This document shows, in pieces, positions 28,436 through 37,917 of a stretch of 64,000 nt of DNA (within the stretch, counting starts at the first letter, position 1; each line of letters opens with the position of its first letter). The stretch covers positions 62,001 through 126,000 of the IMG/VR virus record IMGVR_UViG_3300033143_001962; one strand, written 5' to 3'. The translations under genes were made by a program, and so were the position numbers. The notes beneath the pieces are model-generated. The model was not told where the DNA came from. It searched no databases and worked only from the letters and a program-made list of their open reading frames with translations.

Positions 28436-29701
28436 ATGCAAGACGAATACTTTCCAATACAAACCAAAACGGCATGTAAGTCAAAATGGGCATGGAGCAC
28501 AATTTGGTTATATGATGGTACCACGGCGAGTTGTCACAGATGCGATAGGCACGAGATTGATCTCAATGACTTTGATAACTTCCACAACACACCAGACAAA
28601 ATAGTCCAACGTAAAATGATGCTAAACGGCATGTGGCCTGTTACAGGCGGGTGTGACTACTGTCAAAAAGTAGAAGACGCCGGCGGGCATAGTGATAGAC
28701 AATTCCAAAATACCATACCGAACCAAACACCTCCTGAATTGTTTATTGACCATACTGCTACGCATGTCACTCCTACTATACTTGAAATATTCTTATCTAA
28801 TACTTGTAATCTTCAATGTATCTATTGCCGCCCTGCTAACAGTTCAAAAATTGAAGCAGAATTTAATAAGCACGGCCCATTTAAAGCTGGAGATATATTC
28901 ACACGTGGCAAAGCTGCCCATACACCTAAAGTTGATCAAGAATTACTTAAAGAAAAGTTCTGGGATTGGATGGCACGTAACTCTAATTCACTCAGACGCT
29001 TTCATATTCTAGGTGGTGAGCCTTTGTTTATGAAAGACTTTCAACTGTGTCTAGACCACTGGGACAAATATCCTAACCCTTTAGTAGAAGTAAACGTAGT
29101 ATCAAACTTATCAATCCCGCATGAACGTTTTAAAGAGTACATTGATTACATTAAAACTCTTGTCAAGAATAAAAAGATTAAACGCTTTGATATGACAGCA
29201 AGTATTGACTGCTGGGGCAAAGCACAAGAATACGTGCGAATGGGATTAGATTTAGAATTATTTGAAAAGAACATGAATTACCTTCTAGCTCAAGATGAAA
29301 GCTGGTTGCGTATAAATGTCAATCAGACAGTAGGCGCACTAACTATAAAAACAATGCCTGCGCTGATTGTTAAAATTAACGAATGGAAGAACCAACGTAC
29401 TGAGTTCGGCCATTACTTCCAAGTACTAGATACACCAGCATTGATGCGTCCTACTATATTTGCCCCGGGATTCTTCCAGGAAGACTTTGAAGCTATTATG
29501 TCCTTGATGAAAAATGAAACGTGGGATGAAAAACACGCTTATGAAATGATGCAGGGAATGATAGCACAAATAGAAAGTGAAGCTGAACGTAATTGTAACT
29601 TAGAAGCAGAACTTGTTATGTACTTAGATGAAATCGACGAGCGACGCAACACGAACTGGCACACTGCATTTCCTTGGTTGGCTAAACTAATAGGAGAGTA
29701 A
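28436..29701 (+). CDS. Radical SAM protein with N-terminal twitch/SPASM-like domain (RS7)
   Basis: CNLQCIYC, ILGGEP; ACKSKW..SCHR, CDYCQ. Confidence 0.9.
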   Translation: MQDEYFPIQTKTACKSKWAWSTIWLYDGTTASCHRCDRHEIDLNDFDNFHNTPDKIVQRKMMLNGMWPVTGGCDYCQKVEDAGGHSDRQFQNTIPNQTPPELFIDHTATHVTPTILEIFLSNTCNLQCIYCRPANSSKIEAEFNKHGPFKAGDIFTRGKAAHTPKVDQELLKEKFWDWMARNSNSLRRFHILGGEPLFMKDFQLCLDHWDKYPNPLVEVNVVSNLSIPHERFKEYIDYIKTLVKNKKIKRFDMTASIDCWGKAQEYVRMGLDLELFEKNMNYLLAQDESWLRINVNQTVGALTIKTMPALIVKINEWKNQRTEFGHYFQVLDTPALMRPTIFAPGFFQEDFEAIMSLMKNETWDEKHAYEMMQGMIAQIESEAERNCNLEAELVMYLDEIDERRNTNWHTAFPWLAKLIGE

Positions 29702-30527
29702 CATCTGTTACTTCTTGAGACTCTTTAATTTTACTTAATATTTCACTTTCGGATAAATCCGAATCCAATGTAGCAACAGGAATCAATCCCGGACGTAATT
29801 GTTTGCTAGTTATATCAAACCCGTTCTTTGCTCCGTACTCTATAATATCTAACATGCGAGTGTGGGCATTTTTTGCGTCAAAGAACTTAACTGTAAAGTC
29901 TGCGCTAAAATGTGTTAGTGGCTGAAACGCACCTTCTGCAATGTACGTGTCGTTGTCTGTATAAAAGTCTTCAAGTACCTTACCAACTTCTGCGTAGTTT
30001 AAATACACTGTTCCGAACGTGTAATCGTTTGTAATAAGATCGAAATCATCATCTGTGTAAAGTCTAGTCTTAGGCAACCCGTAGTACGTTAGCACTACGC
30101 GAGGATCAGGTGTGCGATAAGATCCTTCGCATCTATGTACATCTAAATTTAAATCAGCTAATGCCTTGCGCACATTGTCCGGTGCAGTGATATAAAATGG
30201 ATGCGTTTGCTGATCAAGTAGTCCGTGATATATTTCAAAAATGTTATGCAGGTAGTTTAGTGTGTCTTGATCGTCTACTCTGGTTAACGTGCGATCAATT
30301 AGTAACTTGTGGTTGTTTATTGTGTTAATAGTTTTGTTGATACGCTCTAGTGCATTTTGCTGTTCTGTTACTTGATCACCGAAGCCGTAAAACCGTTTCG
30401 GATCATCGATCGGATAAGGGAATGCCTGCGCATCTTGCAATGCCTCGACCCAACGGTGAGCCATACTTGTATTATAAATATCGAAGTTTAGTTTGAAATT
30501 GTTACTGAATGTGATTTGTAGTTTCAT
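29682..30527 (-). CDS. Hypothetical protein, paralog of 10944..12002
   Basis: LHNIFE, LNLDVHRCE, FGTVYLNYAEVGK; overlaps the RS7 3' end convergently. Confidence 0.75.
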   Translation of the reverse strand: MKLQITFSNNFKLNFDIYNTSMAHRWVEALQDAQAFPYPIDDPKRFYGFGDQVTEQQNALERINKTINTINNHKLLIDRTLTRVDDQDTLNYLHNIFEIYHGLLDQQTHPFYITAPDNVRKALADLNLDVHRCEGSYRTPDPRVVLTYYGLPKTRLYTDDDFDLITNDYTFGTVYLNYAEVGKVLEDFYTDNDTYIAEGAFQPLTHFSADFTVKFFDAKNAHTRMLDIIEYGAKNGFDITSKQLRPGLIPVATLDSDLSESEILSKIKESQEVTDVTLLLV

Positions 30528-30532
30528 AATAT

Positions 30533-30558
30533 AAGAAACGCCCCGAAGGGCGTTTCTT
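30533..30558. terminator. Rho-independent terminator downstream of the tRNA
   Basis: Perfect 11-bp stem AAGAAACGCCC/GGGCGTTTCTT with a TTCG loop on the minus strand. Confidence 0.85.
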
Positions 30559-30564
30559 GAAATT

Positions 30565-30641
30565 TGGTGCCGATTGTCGGATTCGAACTGACCACCTACG
30601 CATTACAAGTGCGTTGCTCTGCCAAAATGAGCTAAACCGGC
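30565..30641 (-). tRNA. trnT: tRNA-Thr(UGU) with encoded CCA
   Basis: GCCGGTT-TA-GCTC-ATTTTGGCA-GAGC-A-ACGCA-CTTGTAA-TGCGT-AGGTG-GTCAG-TTCGAAT-CCGAC-AATCGGC-ACCA; 77 nt; one A-C mismatch in the T stem. Confidence 0.95.
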
Positions 30642-30716
30642 TTAATGATTGTAAACGCCGACCGGACAGTTATATAGTCTTTTGTCTCTTCGGTAATAAG
30701 CATTTACAAAGTTTAT

Positions 30717-30965
30717 TTATGCTTTCTTTTTCAGCTTCTTAAATAATATTTCTGCTACCTTGGGATTATCGTAAGGTGTAACTTCTGTGATTGTAGTTAC
30801 TTTCTTTTGCAACCGCCCTTGTCCTTTGCATATAGTACATAACCTATCGTAGTAATCATAATCACCTTTGTGGTGGTCGACTAAAGTACGCTCTTCGAAA
30901 GAACCAACACCGTTACATTCCGGGCAAAGTAAAATCTCTGTTACTGTACGTTCGCTCAATCCCAC
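30717..30965 (-). CDS. DnaJ-type zinc-finger protein
   Basis: CPECNGVG and CTICKGQG (CxxCxGxG twice). Confidence 0.65.
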   Translation of the reverse strand: MGLSERTVTEILLCPECNGVGSFEERTLVDHHKGDYDYYDRLCTICKGQGRLQKKVTTITEVTPYDNPKVAEILFKKLKKKA

Positions 30966-31660
30966 AACCCTCTAAAGTACTTGCCAAATAAAGTAGTACC
31001 ACGCTGTATGCGCTCATTGTGTTTAGTGTAGTCTTTCTTATTGAAAGTGTGTGTATCGTTTGGACCTTTTACCATTCTATAACGATCAGCATCTTCTTCA
31101 CTGCATTCATTACCATCCTTATCGATTGGTATATGTAAGAAATCAATTTTCCCTTTGTGAAATTGGCTATCGTTGTCATCATCTGTTAATTGTGTAAACG
31201 TCCAGATCATTTCGTCCATTACCCAGTCCCAACGCTTGTGCCAATTGCCGTCAGTGTACTCGTCACCTTCGCAACCGTACTCGTCAAACTTAGGTGCATT
31301 CTTTACACGTAATTTTGCAGGAACATCTTTGTCATCAACGTCGGGGCTACCGTGCTTAGTTGCTTTGAGTTGAATGAGCATAGGAAGTATAATTAGCCCA
31401 AGGGTGTGATCCATGCCCCAGGTATCGTATTTGTCGATTTGAATTTTAACTTTGCGTTGCTTGCGATCTAAGTACTGATTGATAGTTAAGTTCAATACAG
31501 TCTGCCATCTATCACACCACTTCTCAACAAACTTATCGAGCGCATCTTCTTCGCTATTGCTAACGTCGAAGTACGGCTTTTTATGATTGAATTCTAGCCA
31601 CCAGTTTTCGAAACTAGTAGTAGTCCAGCGATCAATGAATGGTCCAATTTTAATTTTCAT
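30956..31660 (-). CDS. Hypothetical phage protein
   Basis: 234-aa ORF; candidate promoter TTGATT-17-TATAAT at 31694-31666. Confidence 0.75.
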   Translation of the reverse strand: MKIKIGPFIDRWTTTSFENWWLEFNHKKPYFDVSNSEEDALDKFVEKWCDRWQTVLNLTINQYLDRKQRKVKIQIDKYDTWGMDHTLGLIILPMLIQLKATKHGSPDVDDKDVPAKLRVKNAPKFDEYGCEGDEYTDGNWHKRWDWVMDEMIWTFTQLTDDDNDSQFHKGKIDFLHIPIDKDGNECSEEDADRYRMVKGPNDTHTFNKKDYTKHNERIQRGTTLFGKYFRGLWD

Positions 31661-31686
31661 ACTGTATTATACAACAATACAGTTAT

Positions 31687-32136
31687 TTAATCAAGTACAA
31701 TTTTACCAGATTCGACCAAAATGTCGTAGTTGTCTAGATGCGCTTGCGCTATAGCATCTTTTGACTGTCCTTCGTATGCTACTGCATAGTGATTCTCAAT
31801 TAAGAAATCATTCAAATTAATCTGTTCGCCTTCACCAACTATACAGTCTACCCAAAGTATTCCTAAAATACGACCGTACTTACCAGTACCATCTAATTGT
31901 GTTTCTACTAATATCTTTTTACCCACTGGGCAAAAACTTTCAACAATGCCAGTAGCTAAGTAACCAAATTGTTTTTCAATTGGATCGCGTGTGCGCTTCT
32001 CAGGTGTATCTACTCCGAGTAATCTTATACGTTGCTTTTTAAGGATAACGCTAAATCCTAAGTCAATGTCTACGTCAACTGTGTCACCATCTACGACTCT
32101 TGTTACTACTGCATTATATACGAATGCTTTCATCAT
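31687..32136 (-). CDS. Thermonuclease (SNase-like) family nuclease
   Basis: VVDGDTV, IRLLGVDTPE, GKYGRILG. Confidence 0.85.
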   Translation of the reverse strand: MMKAFVYNAVVTRVVDGDTVDVDIDLGFSVILKKQRIRLLGVDTPEKRTRDPIEKQFGYLATGIVESFCPVGKKILVETQLDGTGKYGRILGILWVDCIVGEGEQINLNDFLIENHYAVAYEGQSKDAIAQAHLDNYDILVESGKIVLD

Positions 32137-32482
32137 TTGCTCTCCTATCTTCCTTGTCGGAAATTCTTCTTTTATTATACCGTCTGTTCACAGCAACCTC
32201 AATTGCTGGATCAGTCACAGCATGGTACGTGTGAAAACTATTTATACCAGCTGTGAACAGTATAAACAATTTAATAAGTATCCCTTCTAGTATGCGATCA
32301 ACCATGTATAAATTGTGAACAAATTCCCACGATGCAAATATAAAAATAAACAAAGCAGCTAACCCGTACACACTCTTTAAACAGCGTGAGCATCTAAATA
32401 TCCATACCATACTAAGGAATGAAAGAACTAATGCAAAGCTACTGATAATAAGTAATAGCGATTCCATTAACGTCTCCTCCAA
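32114..32482 (-). CDS. Small membrane protein (about 3 TM, basic tail)
   Basis: Three hydrophobic segments; C-terminal RRYNKRRISDKEDRR. Confidence 0.7.
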   Translation of the reverse strand: MEETLMESLLLIISSFALVLSFLSMVWIFRCSRCLKSVYGLAALFIFIFASWEFVHNLYMVDRILEGILIKLFILFTAGINSFHTYHAVTDPAIEVAVNRRYNKRRISDKEDRRANDESIRI

Positions 32483-32730
32483 TTCATGGCATTTATTAAT
32501 GATGTTATAATTAAAAATCCATTGTCAACTAATAAGTGTGTCACTTGCGTTAAGTGATCGGCGTTAGTATGAATGTATAAATGCAATATAGTGTACACTG
32601 CTAGTCCAACTGCAATTATTTTAGGCACAGTCGCGTATGCGTTGTTGTGTCTAAAGATCCAAAGTACAGCTAAGACAGATATCGCAACTGCGATGCTTCC
32701 TGAAATTTCCATTATTAATTCTGGATCCAT
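32467..32730 (-). CDS. Small membrane protein (about 3 TM)
   Basis: Hydrophobic segments with the same layout as 32114..32482. Confidence 0.7.
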   Translation of the reverse strand: MDPELIMEISGSIAVAISVLAVLWIFRHNNAYATVPKIIAVGLAVYTILHLYIHTNADHLTQVTHLLVDNGFLIITSLINAMNWRRR

Positions 32731-32731
32731 C

Positions 32732-33151
32732 TTAACCTCCCTTCGTCTTTAAATAACTTTGTAGGAGATATAATCCTACACTTCCTATTAGCCCAACCAC
32801 AGCCCATATAATCTTTTCGTTAGTGTTAACCTTAACGTTAGAACCTTTGTGTGAGGCATATAAGTTTTGAAGTGATTCAGTAACAGAAGAAACGTTAGAT
32901 GTTTGTACACTTAACGTAGAGGCAATATCAGAGATGTCATCCTTTAAGTCAACTTTTAGATCTAATAATCGTTCGCGTAAATCAGCTCGAGACTGTTCTA
33001 CATCTTCGCGTAGGATCCGGTTCAGTTCATCTAGTCTCCTAGATAAATCGTCTTTAGTTGATGTTAGTTTTGATGTTAAAGTGGCAACGTCGCGTTCTGC
33101 TCTGTTTAACCGTTCCTCTAATCGCTCAATCCTGCGAATCGAATCGTCCAT
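32732..33151 (-). CDS. Coiled-coil protein with C-terminal TM anchor
   Basis: Heptad-rich N-terminus, then IIWAVVGLIGSVGLYLL; SD GGAG; TAAATA at 33180-33185. Confidence 0.7.
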   Translation of the reverse strand: MDDSIRRIERLEERLNRAERDVATLTSKLTSTKDDLSRRLDELNRILREDVEQSRADLRERLLDLKVDLKDDISDIASTLSVQTSNVSSVTESLQNLYASHKGSNVKVNTNEKIIWAVVGLIGSVGLYLLQSYLKTKGG

Positions 33152-33215
33152 TTACTCTCCAATATATGTTTTACAGCTCTATTTATTGTAAATTTAGGAG
33201 AACAATGCGAGTAGA

Positions 33216-33710
33216 TTACTTTTCTAGAAGGTTGGTAAGCGCAGCTTGATCAGCGCGGTCTAGGCAGCGGTAGTAGACTGTATCGCCGTATGTGTCGGGG
33301 TGTGTTATTAAGGGGAGTTCGTATGCACTGACTACAATATCACGTAATACCATCACGTCGATTATACCAATATGATCCCATGCTTTTGACATTGCTTTTG
33401 TTCCTAAGTTAGCAAGTCGTGTGTACATGCCAACAGTAAACCGTTCTTCTACTATATTAGCAGCATAGATAGCTTTGCGTACACAAAATTCTATTTCGAC
33501 CTCGGGTAAGGTGTCTTCGTTTATTGTTATTTCAAGGATGTGGGGGGTGGTAGCAGGGTGAGTTTTACTAGTCGCAAGGCCCGTACTTAAAATTATAGTT
33601 AAACCTATGATGAGCGCCTGGACTGTTTTTGAATTCCTTTTCACGTGCTTCGCATCTCTTTTCAAATTCTGCAACTTCTTCCTGTGTTGCAGCTCTGTTA
33701 CCACTCGCAA
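33216..33710 (-). CDS. Hypothetical exported protein (start uncertain, probably GTG near 33648)
   Basis: Signal-like KRNSKTVQALIIGLTIILSTGLA; overlaps 33568..33834. Confidence 0.5.
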   Translation of the reverse strand: MRVVTELQHRKKLQNLKRDAKHVKRNSKTVQALIIGLTIILSTGLATSKTHPATTPHILEITINEDTLPEVEIEFCVRKAIYAANIVEERFTVGMYTRLANLGTKAMSKAWDHIGIIDVMVLRDIVVSAYELPLITHPDTYGDTVYYRCLDRADQAALTNLLEK

Positions 33711-33996
33711 TAAACTGTTCTATAGTCATTCTTCTGCGAGCTTTGTATGCGTCAATTTCTTCTTGTGTACACTTGTGGTTCTTAATTAGATCGTACAAAT
33801 CGTCGACGCTAATTTTATTTATAGGTTTATCCATTTTTTACCTTTGTAAATTCACCGACTAAAAAGTCAATATTAACAAATATGTACTCGTCGAAATCAT
33901 AATGATCCAATTTGTACCCTTCACGCTCTATACAGTTATTAACGTACATTTCACGTGCCCATTGTAGAAATTTTGAATGCCCTTGCATAGTTCCCC

Positions 33997-34311
33997 CTAC
34001 TCGCTTAATTGGATGTCGCCACCCTCTTCAACACACATCACGCTCCCGGTTTTTGCATCATAAATTGCATTTCTATGTCGGGATAAACATGCGTCCATTG
34101 TTGTAGCTGCAAATTCATTCATTGCTACGGCCTTACCGTGCGGCTTGCAAGTGAAATCAACCTGCCCCATATTACTAAAGTAACGTGGCTTCCATCCTTT
34201 ATCCAAGCATGATTGAAATGCTTTTGCTGCGCCATCGCCCATTGGAACTGGATCACTACAACCAGTTATAAACATTACGGTTAAAATTATTAATACGGAT
34301 AGTGATTTCAT
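33997..34311 (-). CDS. Putative lipoprotein
   Basis: MKSLSVLIILTVMFITG|C lipobox; repeated A-x-x-x-CL-x-x Cys units. Confidence 0.55.
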   Translation of the reverse strand: MKSLSVLIILTVMFITGCSDPVPMGDGAAKAFQSCLDKGWKPRYFSNMGQVDFTCKPHGKAVAMNEFAATTMDACLSRHRNAIYDAKTGSVMCVEEGGDIQLSE

Positions 34312-34532
34312 TGTGTTACCTCTTAGATAATGTAAATAAAATAACAAACATCATACCAGTTAGCATGATTTTTGTCATGGTAAAATCAACAGGAGTGAAT
34401 ATTGAAAATACAATCATTAACATCGCTCCCACGACATATACTGCGGCAGTAGCGCAAACGACTGCGAGTGCGCCAAGCAGTGCATAACCGCAGAGCATGA
34501 ATAATAATGCAAGTTTATTTTCTGAAAAATCT

Positions 34533-34841
34533 TTATACATCATGTCCCCACCTTAGTGTAAAGTATGCTATTTGTTCATCTGTGTACAAGAAAATGTTTG
34601 GACACGATCCATGCTCTACAGCACTCATGTATGGTGGCGAAGCAATTCCTTCTGCTTCTAACCATTCTGTTACTTCAGCTTCGACACTGTTCCACCAAGT
34701 TATGTTACGAACATTAACAACTTTCTCTAATGCCCTGTGCCAATTCCAATTAGAAAGAGCCAAGCCAAACCCCTGGCATGTAACTTGTAATGTAGTGATA
34801 AATTTTAGGATTCTTGTTAGGATTATCCTCGCCTGTATCAA
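34533..34841 (-). CDS. Small protein ending in a 'YFTLRW' family motif
   Basis: Ends IFLYTDEQIAYFTLRWG; the real start is probably downstream of the called one. Confidence 0.5.
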   Translation of the reverse strand: MIQARIILTRILKFITTLQVTCQGFGLALSNWNWHRALEKVVNVRNITWWNSVEAEVTEWLEAEGIASPPYMSAVEHGSCPNIFLYTDEQIAYFTLRWGHDV

Positions 34842-35000
34842 GCATCTTAATGTTCTCTACAACGATATCATCTTTAATCTTCATTCGTTCACTGTGCGCT
34901 TGTAAGTTAGCGAGTGCATCTTCGTAAGTATCAAAATCTTCCTCAAGCCCAACGACCCACTTGGGGCCGTCATGCCAACCTTGTTGTATTAAATATTTCA

Positions 35001-35870
35001 TTAAAAGTTACCGTAGTCAACTTGAAATACAGTTAAGCCTAAGTGGCGCCACATGTGAACAACTTGATCACGATCATCAAACACACCAAGCACGTTGTAC
35101 TTGCCCTTGATGTGGTTGTTGTAGATCTCTTCCTTGATTAACGTATCCTTGCGGTTGTCACCTGCCGGTCGAATGAAGAAGTTATCAAAACGAACGTCAT
35201 TGTCTCTGAGCCAAACCCGGGACATTTCTTTGCATACGCCGTCTCGTCCACTAAGCATAATAAGAGTGGTGCTATTCGCCACAGAATTAACCACGTCGAT
35301 TACCGCTTGATTAGGTTCGTCAGTATCAACCTTCATCCATTCAAATGGTCCACGTCCGTCCATTTGTGCAACGGTACCATCAATGTCACATAAGTAACAA
35401 TCTGGCAAGTCTGGATCGTACACTGGCTTTTCAGGGAACCAAATACCGCGCCCACTTTCAAACATACGTGTAATAACACGTTGCCCTACAGGGAACTCAC
35501 GACGTGCATCACGATCTAAACATTCACCGTAGTGAATATCTGTGAACAATTCTTCACGGTAAGTTGCATTGTACTCGTTAGCAATACCTTCCCAGTTCTT
35601 GTTACGACCTGGGTTTAAGTTAGTGTCAGAGATAATAATAGACTTGCCTTGTGACAATGCTTCTTGAGCCATCATAATAGCGGTATAAGAAACTACCTTT
35701 TCACGCCACTTGCTGAACTTGTTGTAACGCTTTCGCCCTTGCATCATTAACCGAATATCGTCACGGTTGATGTTAATGTAGTTTGGGTCAACGATGATCT
35801 TTTGGTTAGCCCAAGTAGTCTTGCCACTTGCTGGCAATCCAACTGTTAGTACTACTTCTTGCTTGGTCAT
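35001..35870 (-). CDS. pseT: Polynucleotide 5'-kinase / 3'-phosphatase
   Basis: GLPASGKTT, NRDDIR, SDTNL; HAD DIDGT, FDDR. Confidence 0.92.
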   Translation of the reverse strand: MTKQEVVLTVGLPASGKTTWANQKIIVDPNYININRDDIRLMMQGRKRYNKFSKWREKVVSYTAIMMAQEALSQGKSIIISDTNLNPGRNKNWEGIANEYNATYREELFTDIHYGECLDRDARREFPVGQRVITRMFESGRGIWFPEKPVYDPDLPDCYLCDIDGTVAQMDGRGPFEWMKVDTDEPNQAVIDVVNSVANSTTLIMLSGRDGVCKEMSRVWLRDNDVRFDNFFIRPAGDNRKDTLIKEEIYNNHIKGKYNVLGVFDDRDQVVHMWRHLGLTVFQVDYGNF

Positions 35871-35904
35871 TAAAAAGCCCTGCCCTTATCTATAAATTTT
35901 AACA

Positions 35905-35933
35905 ATTATAGCAAAGTACAGGGCTAAGGTCAA
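35905..35933 (-). promoter_or_regulatory. Sigma70-type early promoter
   Basis: TTGACC-17-TATAAT. Confidence 0.8.
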
Positions 35934-35958
35934 CCTTTTATTTTATGTTAGTGCTCGC

Positions 35959-37020
35959 TTACCAAGTAGCAACGGCAGCTCTGTGCCAAATATCAGCTAC
36001 ACCGTCTGTCCAATTAGTATGGCATAGAAAAACATACGTTCCATTGGTTGCAATTTGACCAGCTAAATCGCCAACAACGCCCTTAGCAGTACCAGGTGAG
36101 CCAACTCTGACAACCGTACCTAGCCCACTATTAATGTTTATGGTAGCCGCAATAAGTGGGGAAACACTATCGTCTGCATAAGCTTTGATGCTTTGTTGTG
36201 TTGCAAGTGCTGTATCACTATCACTAGTCATGCCATTTTCGTCGAATATATCAGTAACTGATGTACCGCTAAGTGCGACAGTAGTTGCATTAACAGTCGC
36301 AGCATGGAAGTTATTGAACTTGTTAGTTACAAGCCCTAAGTCGAGTCCTAAGTTTGCAACAGGGTACACACCACTGTCGTCTACTTTTAATTTGTTTGTT
36401 TTTACACTACCTACGTCTACTGACATTACAATAGCATTAGTTACATCATCAATCTCGACTACATTTAAGTTGTCTGGACTTGCTATTAACTCGACAAATG
36501 TACCGTCGGTACCATCATGTGCATGTGTAATTCTAATATCGTCTGCATAAGCTTTGATGCTTTGTTGTGTTACGAGTGCAGTAGCACTATCAGCAACCAT
36601 TGTGTCGTCGTCTAATATACCTGTAACAGTTGCACCAGATGCAAGTACAAGATTGGCTAGTGTAGCAGTACCTGCAATGTGTAAGTTCTTAAACTTATTA
36701 GCAACGGTACCTAAGTCTATATCGTTAGTTAGTGATGGAACCAGTGTGCCGTTTGTAATTCTAATTTGTTCAGTTTTGACACCTGTATCGTTAACTGAGA
36801 ATTTTAATTGCCCGCCAACACCATCTACTAATATTTCGTTGTTATTAGCTAAGTCTGAGAGTACAGGTATGTACCCACCGTTGTCTCCGGAGCCATCGTG
36901 ATTATGTCCTGCTGCATTGTTAAACGCAGCTTCGATCGCTTCGTACTCGTTGTTGAAGTCGAGAGCCTCGATGAACTCGTCATCGACTCTATTGTATGAT
37001 TTTGAATATCCTGTTGCCAT
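35959..37020 (-). CDS. Tail-fibre/virion appendage-like protein with two 123-aa repeats
   Basis: N-terminal GHNHDG motif; repeated DLG...F...D.D..ALxTQQSIKAYADD; TAAATA at 37043-37048 and GGAG SD. Confidence 0.6.
   Translation of the reverse strand: MATGYSKSYNRVDDEFIEALDFNNEYEAIEAAFNNAAGHNHDGSGDNGGYIPVLSDLANNNEILVDGVGGQLKFSVNDTGVKTEQIRITNGTLVPSLTNDIDLGTVANKFKNLHIAGTATLANLVLASGATVTGILDDDTMVADSATALVTQQSIKAYADDIRITHAHDGTDGTFVELIASPDNLNVVEIDDVTNAIVMSVDVGSVKTNKLKVDDSGVYPVANLGLDLGLVTNKFNNFHAATVNATTVALSGTSVTDIFDENGMTSDSDTALATQQSIKAYADDSVSPLIAATININSGLGTVVRVGSPGTAKGVVGDLAGQIATNGTYVFLCHTNWTDGVADIWHRAAVATW
36168..36571. repeat. 35-nt exact direct repeat, period 369 nt
   Basis: TATCGTCTGCATAAGCTTTGATGCTTTGTTGTGTT at 36168-36202 and 36537-36571. 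Confidence 0.9.
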
Positions 37021-37067
37021 GTTAGGCTCCTGCGTAATACAGTATTTAGCAGGAATATAATATTGAG

Positions 37068-37844
37068 TTAAATCTCTAGGATTAAACGTGGGTCGTAATC
37101 AGTGCTTTCAAACACTTCTGTGCCATCGTAGCTCTTACTAGCATATCCGTGTTGGTTACTTAGCACCATTGTACCATTTAGATCTACGCTAGTTGTATGG
37201 TGTGTATGTCCAAATAACCAGTATTTTGCTTTGGCGTCTAGTATTTTCTCTTCCAAGCCAGTATTGTGGAAACCGTACGTTGTATAGCTTAGTGGAAAGA
37301 ATGGATGTGGAATCATAATAGGACAATGATGTGTAATGATAACATCAGCATCGTAGTTGATCTTTTCACGTGTTCTGTTGTTAATTGCTATTGTGTTATC
37401 AACGTGCCATTTACGCGGAGCAAAGTTCGCATCATCTGTAATACATTCAAAGTCATAAAAACCTTTGTTGACAGCTTGTTTAGAGAACCAATCACCATCA
37501 TGTAAGTCAGTCCATAGTGTGCTACCCCAAAAGGTAACACCATCTAGTTCTAAGTTATCAGTGCCGAGTGCTTCATCCATTAAAATAATGTCATGGCGCT
37601 CTGCAAAATCGTGTGCGATTTGTAATGCTTGGAGGTACTTGCTATGATAGAACTCGTGGTTCCCTAGTACCCAAATAATCTTGTCAGTTGTTTCTTTAAC
37701 CTTATTGAAATAAGTTTCTAAATCTAGTAAGTTGCATATCAGCCCAATGTCACCAGCACAGACTACAACGTCAGAAGAAACCGCAGGTTCCACTAGTGGC
37801 CCACGGTTCTCAATGTGTGTATCTGATTGTAAATGTATTTTCAA
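37068..37844 (-). CDS. Calcineurin-like metallophosphoesterase
   Basis: SDTH, AGD, GNHE, ITHH, GHTH; TTG start. Confidence 0.9.
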   Translation of the reverse strand: MKIHLQSDTHIENRGPLVEPAVSSDVVVCAGDIGLICNLLDLETYFNKVKETTDKIIWVLGNHEFYHSKYLQALQIAHDFAERHDIILMDEALGTDNLELDGVTFWGSTLWTDLHDGDWFSKQAVNKGFYDFECITDDANFAPRKWHVDNTIAINNRTREKINYDADVIITHHCPIMIPHPFFPLSYTTYGFHNTGLEEKILDAKAKYWLFGHTHHTTSVDLNGTMVLSNQHGYASKSYDGTEVFESTDYDPRLILEI

Positions 37845-37917
37845 TATATTAAACTGTATATGTAAATTGTAATACTAATTGTAATTATAACGAATGCAAA
37901 AAGCTTAACTACTGTTC

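Noticed and set aside
33542-33547. G6 tract as a phase-variation switch
   Set aside because: The run is short and the frame is open through it; nothing indicates slippage.
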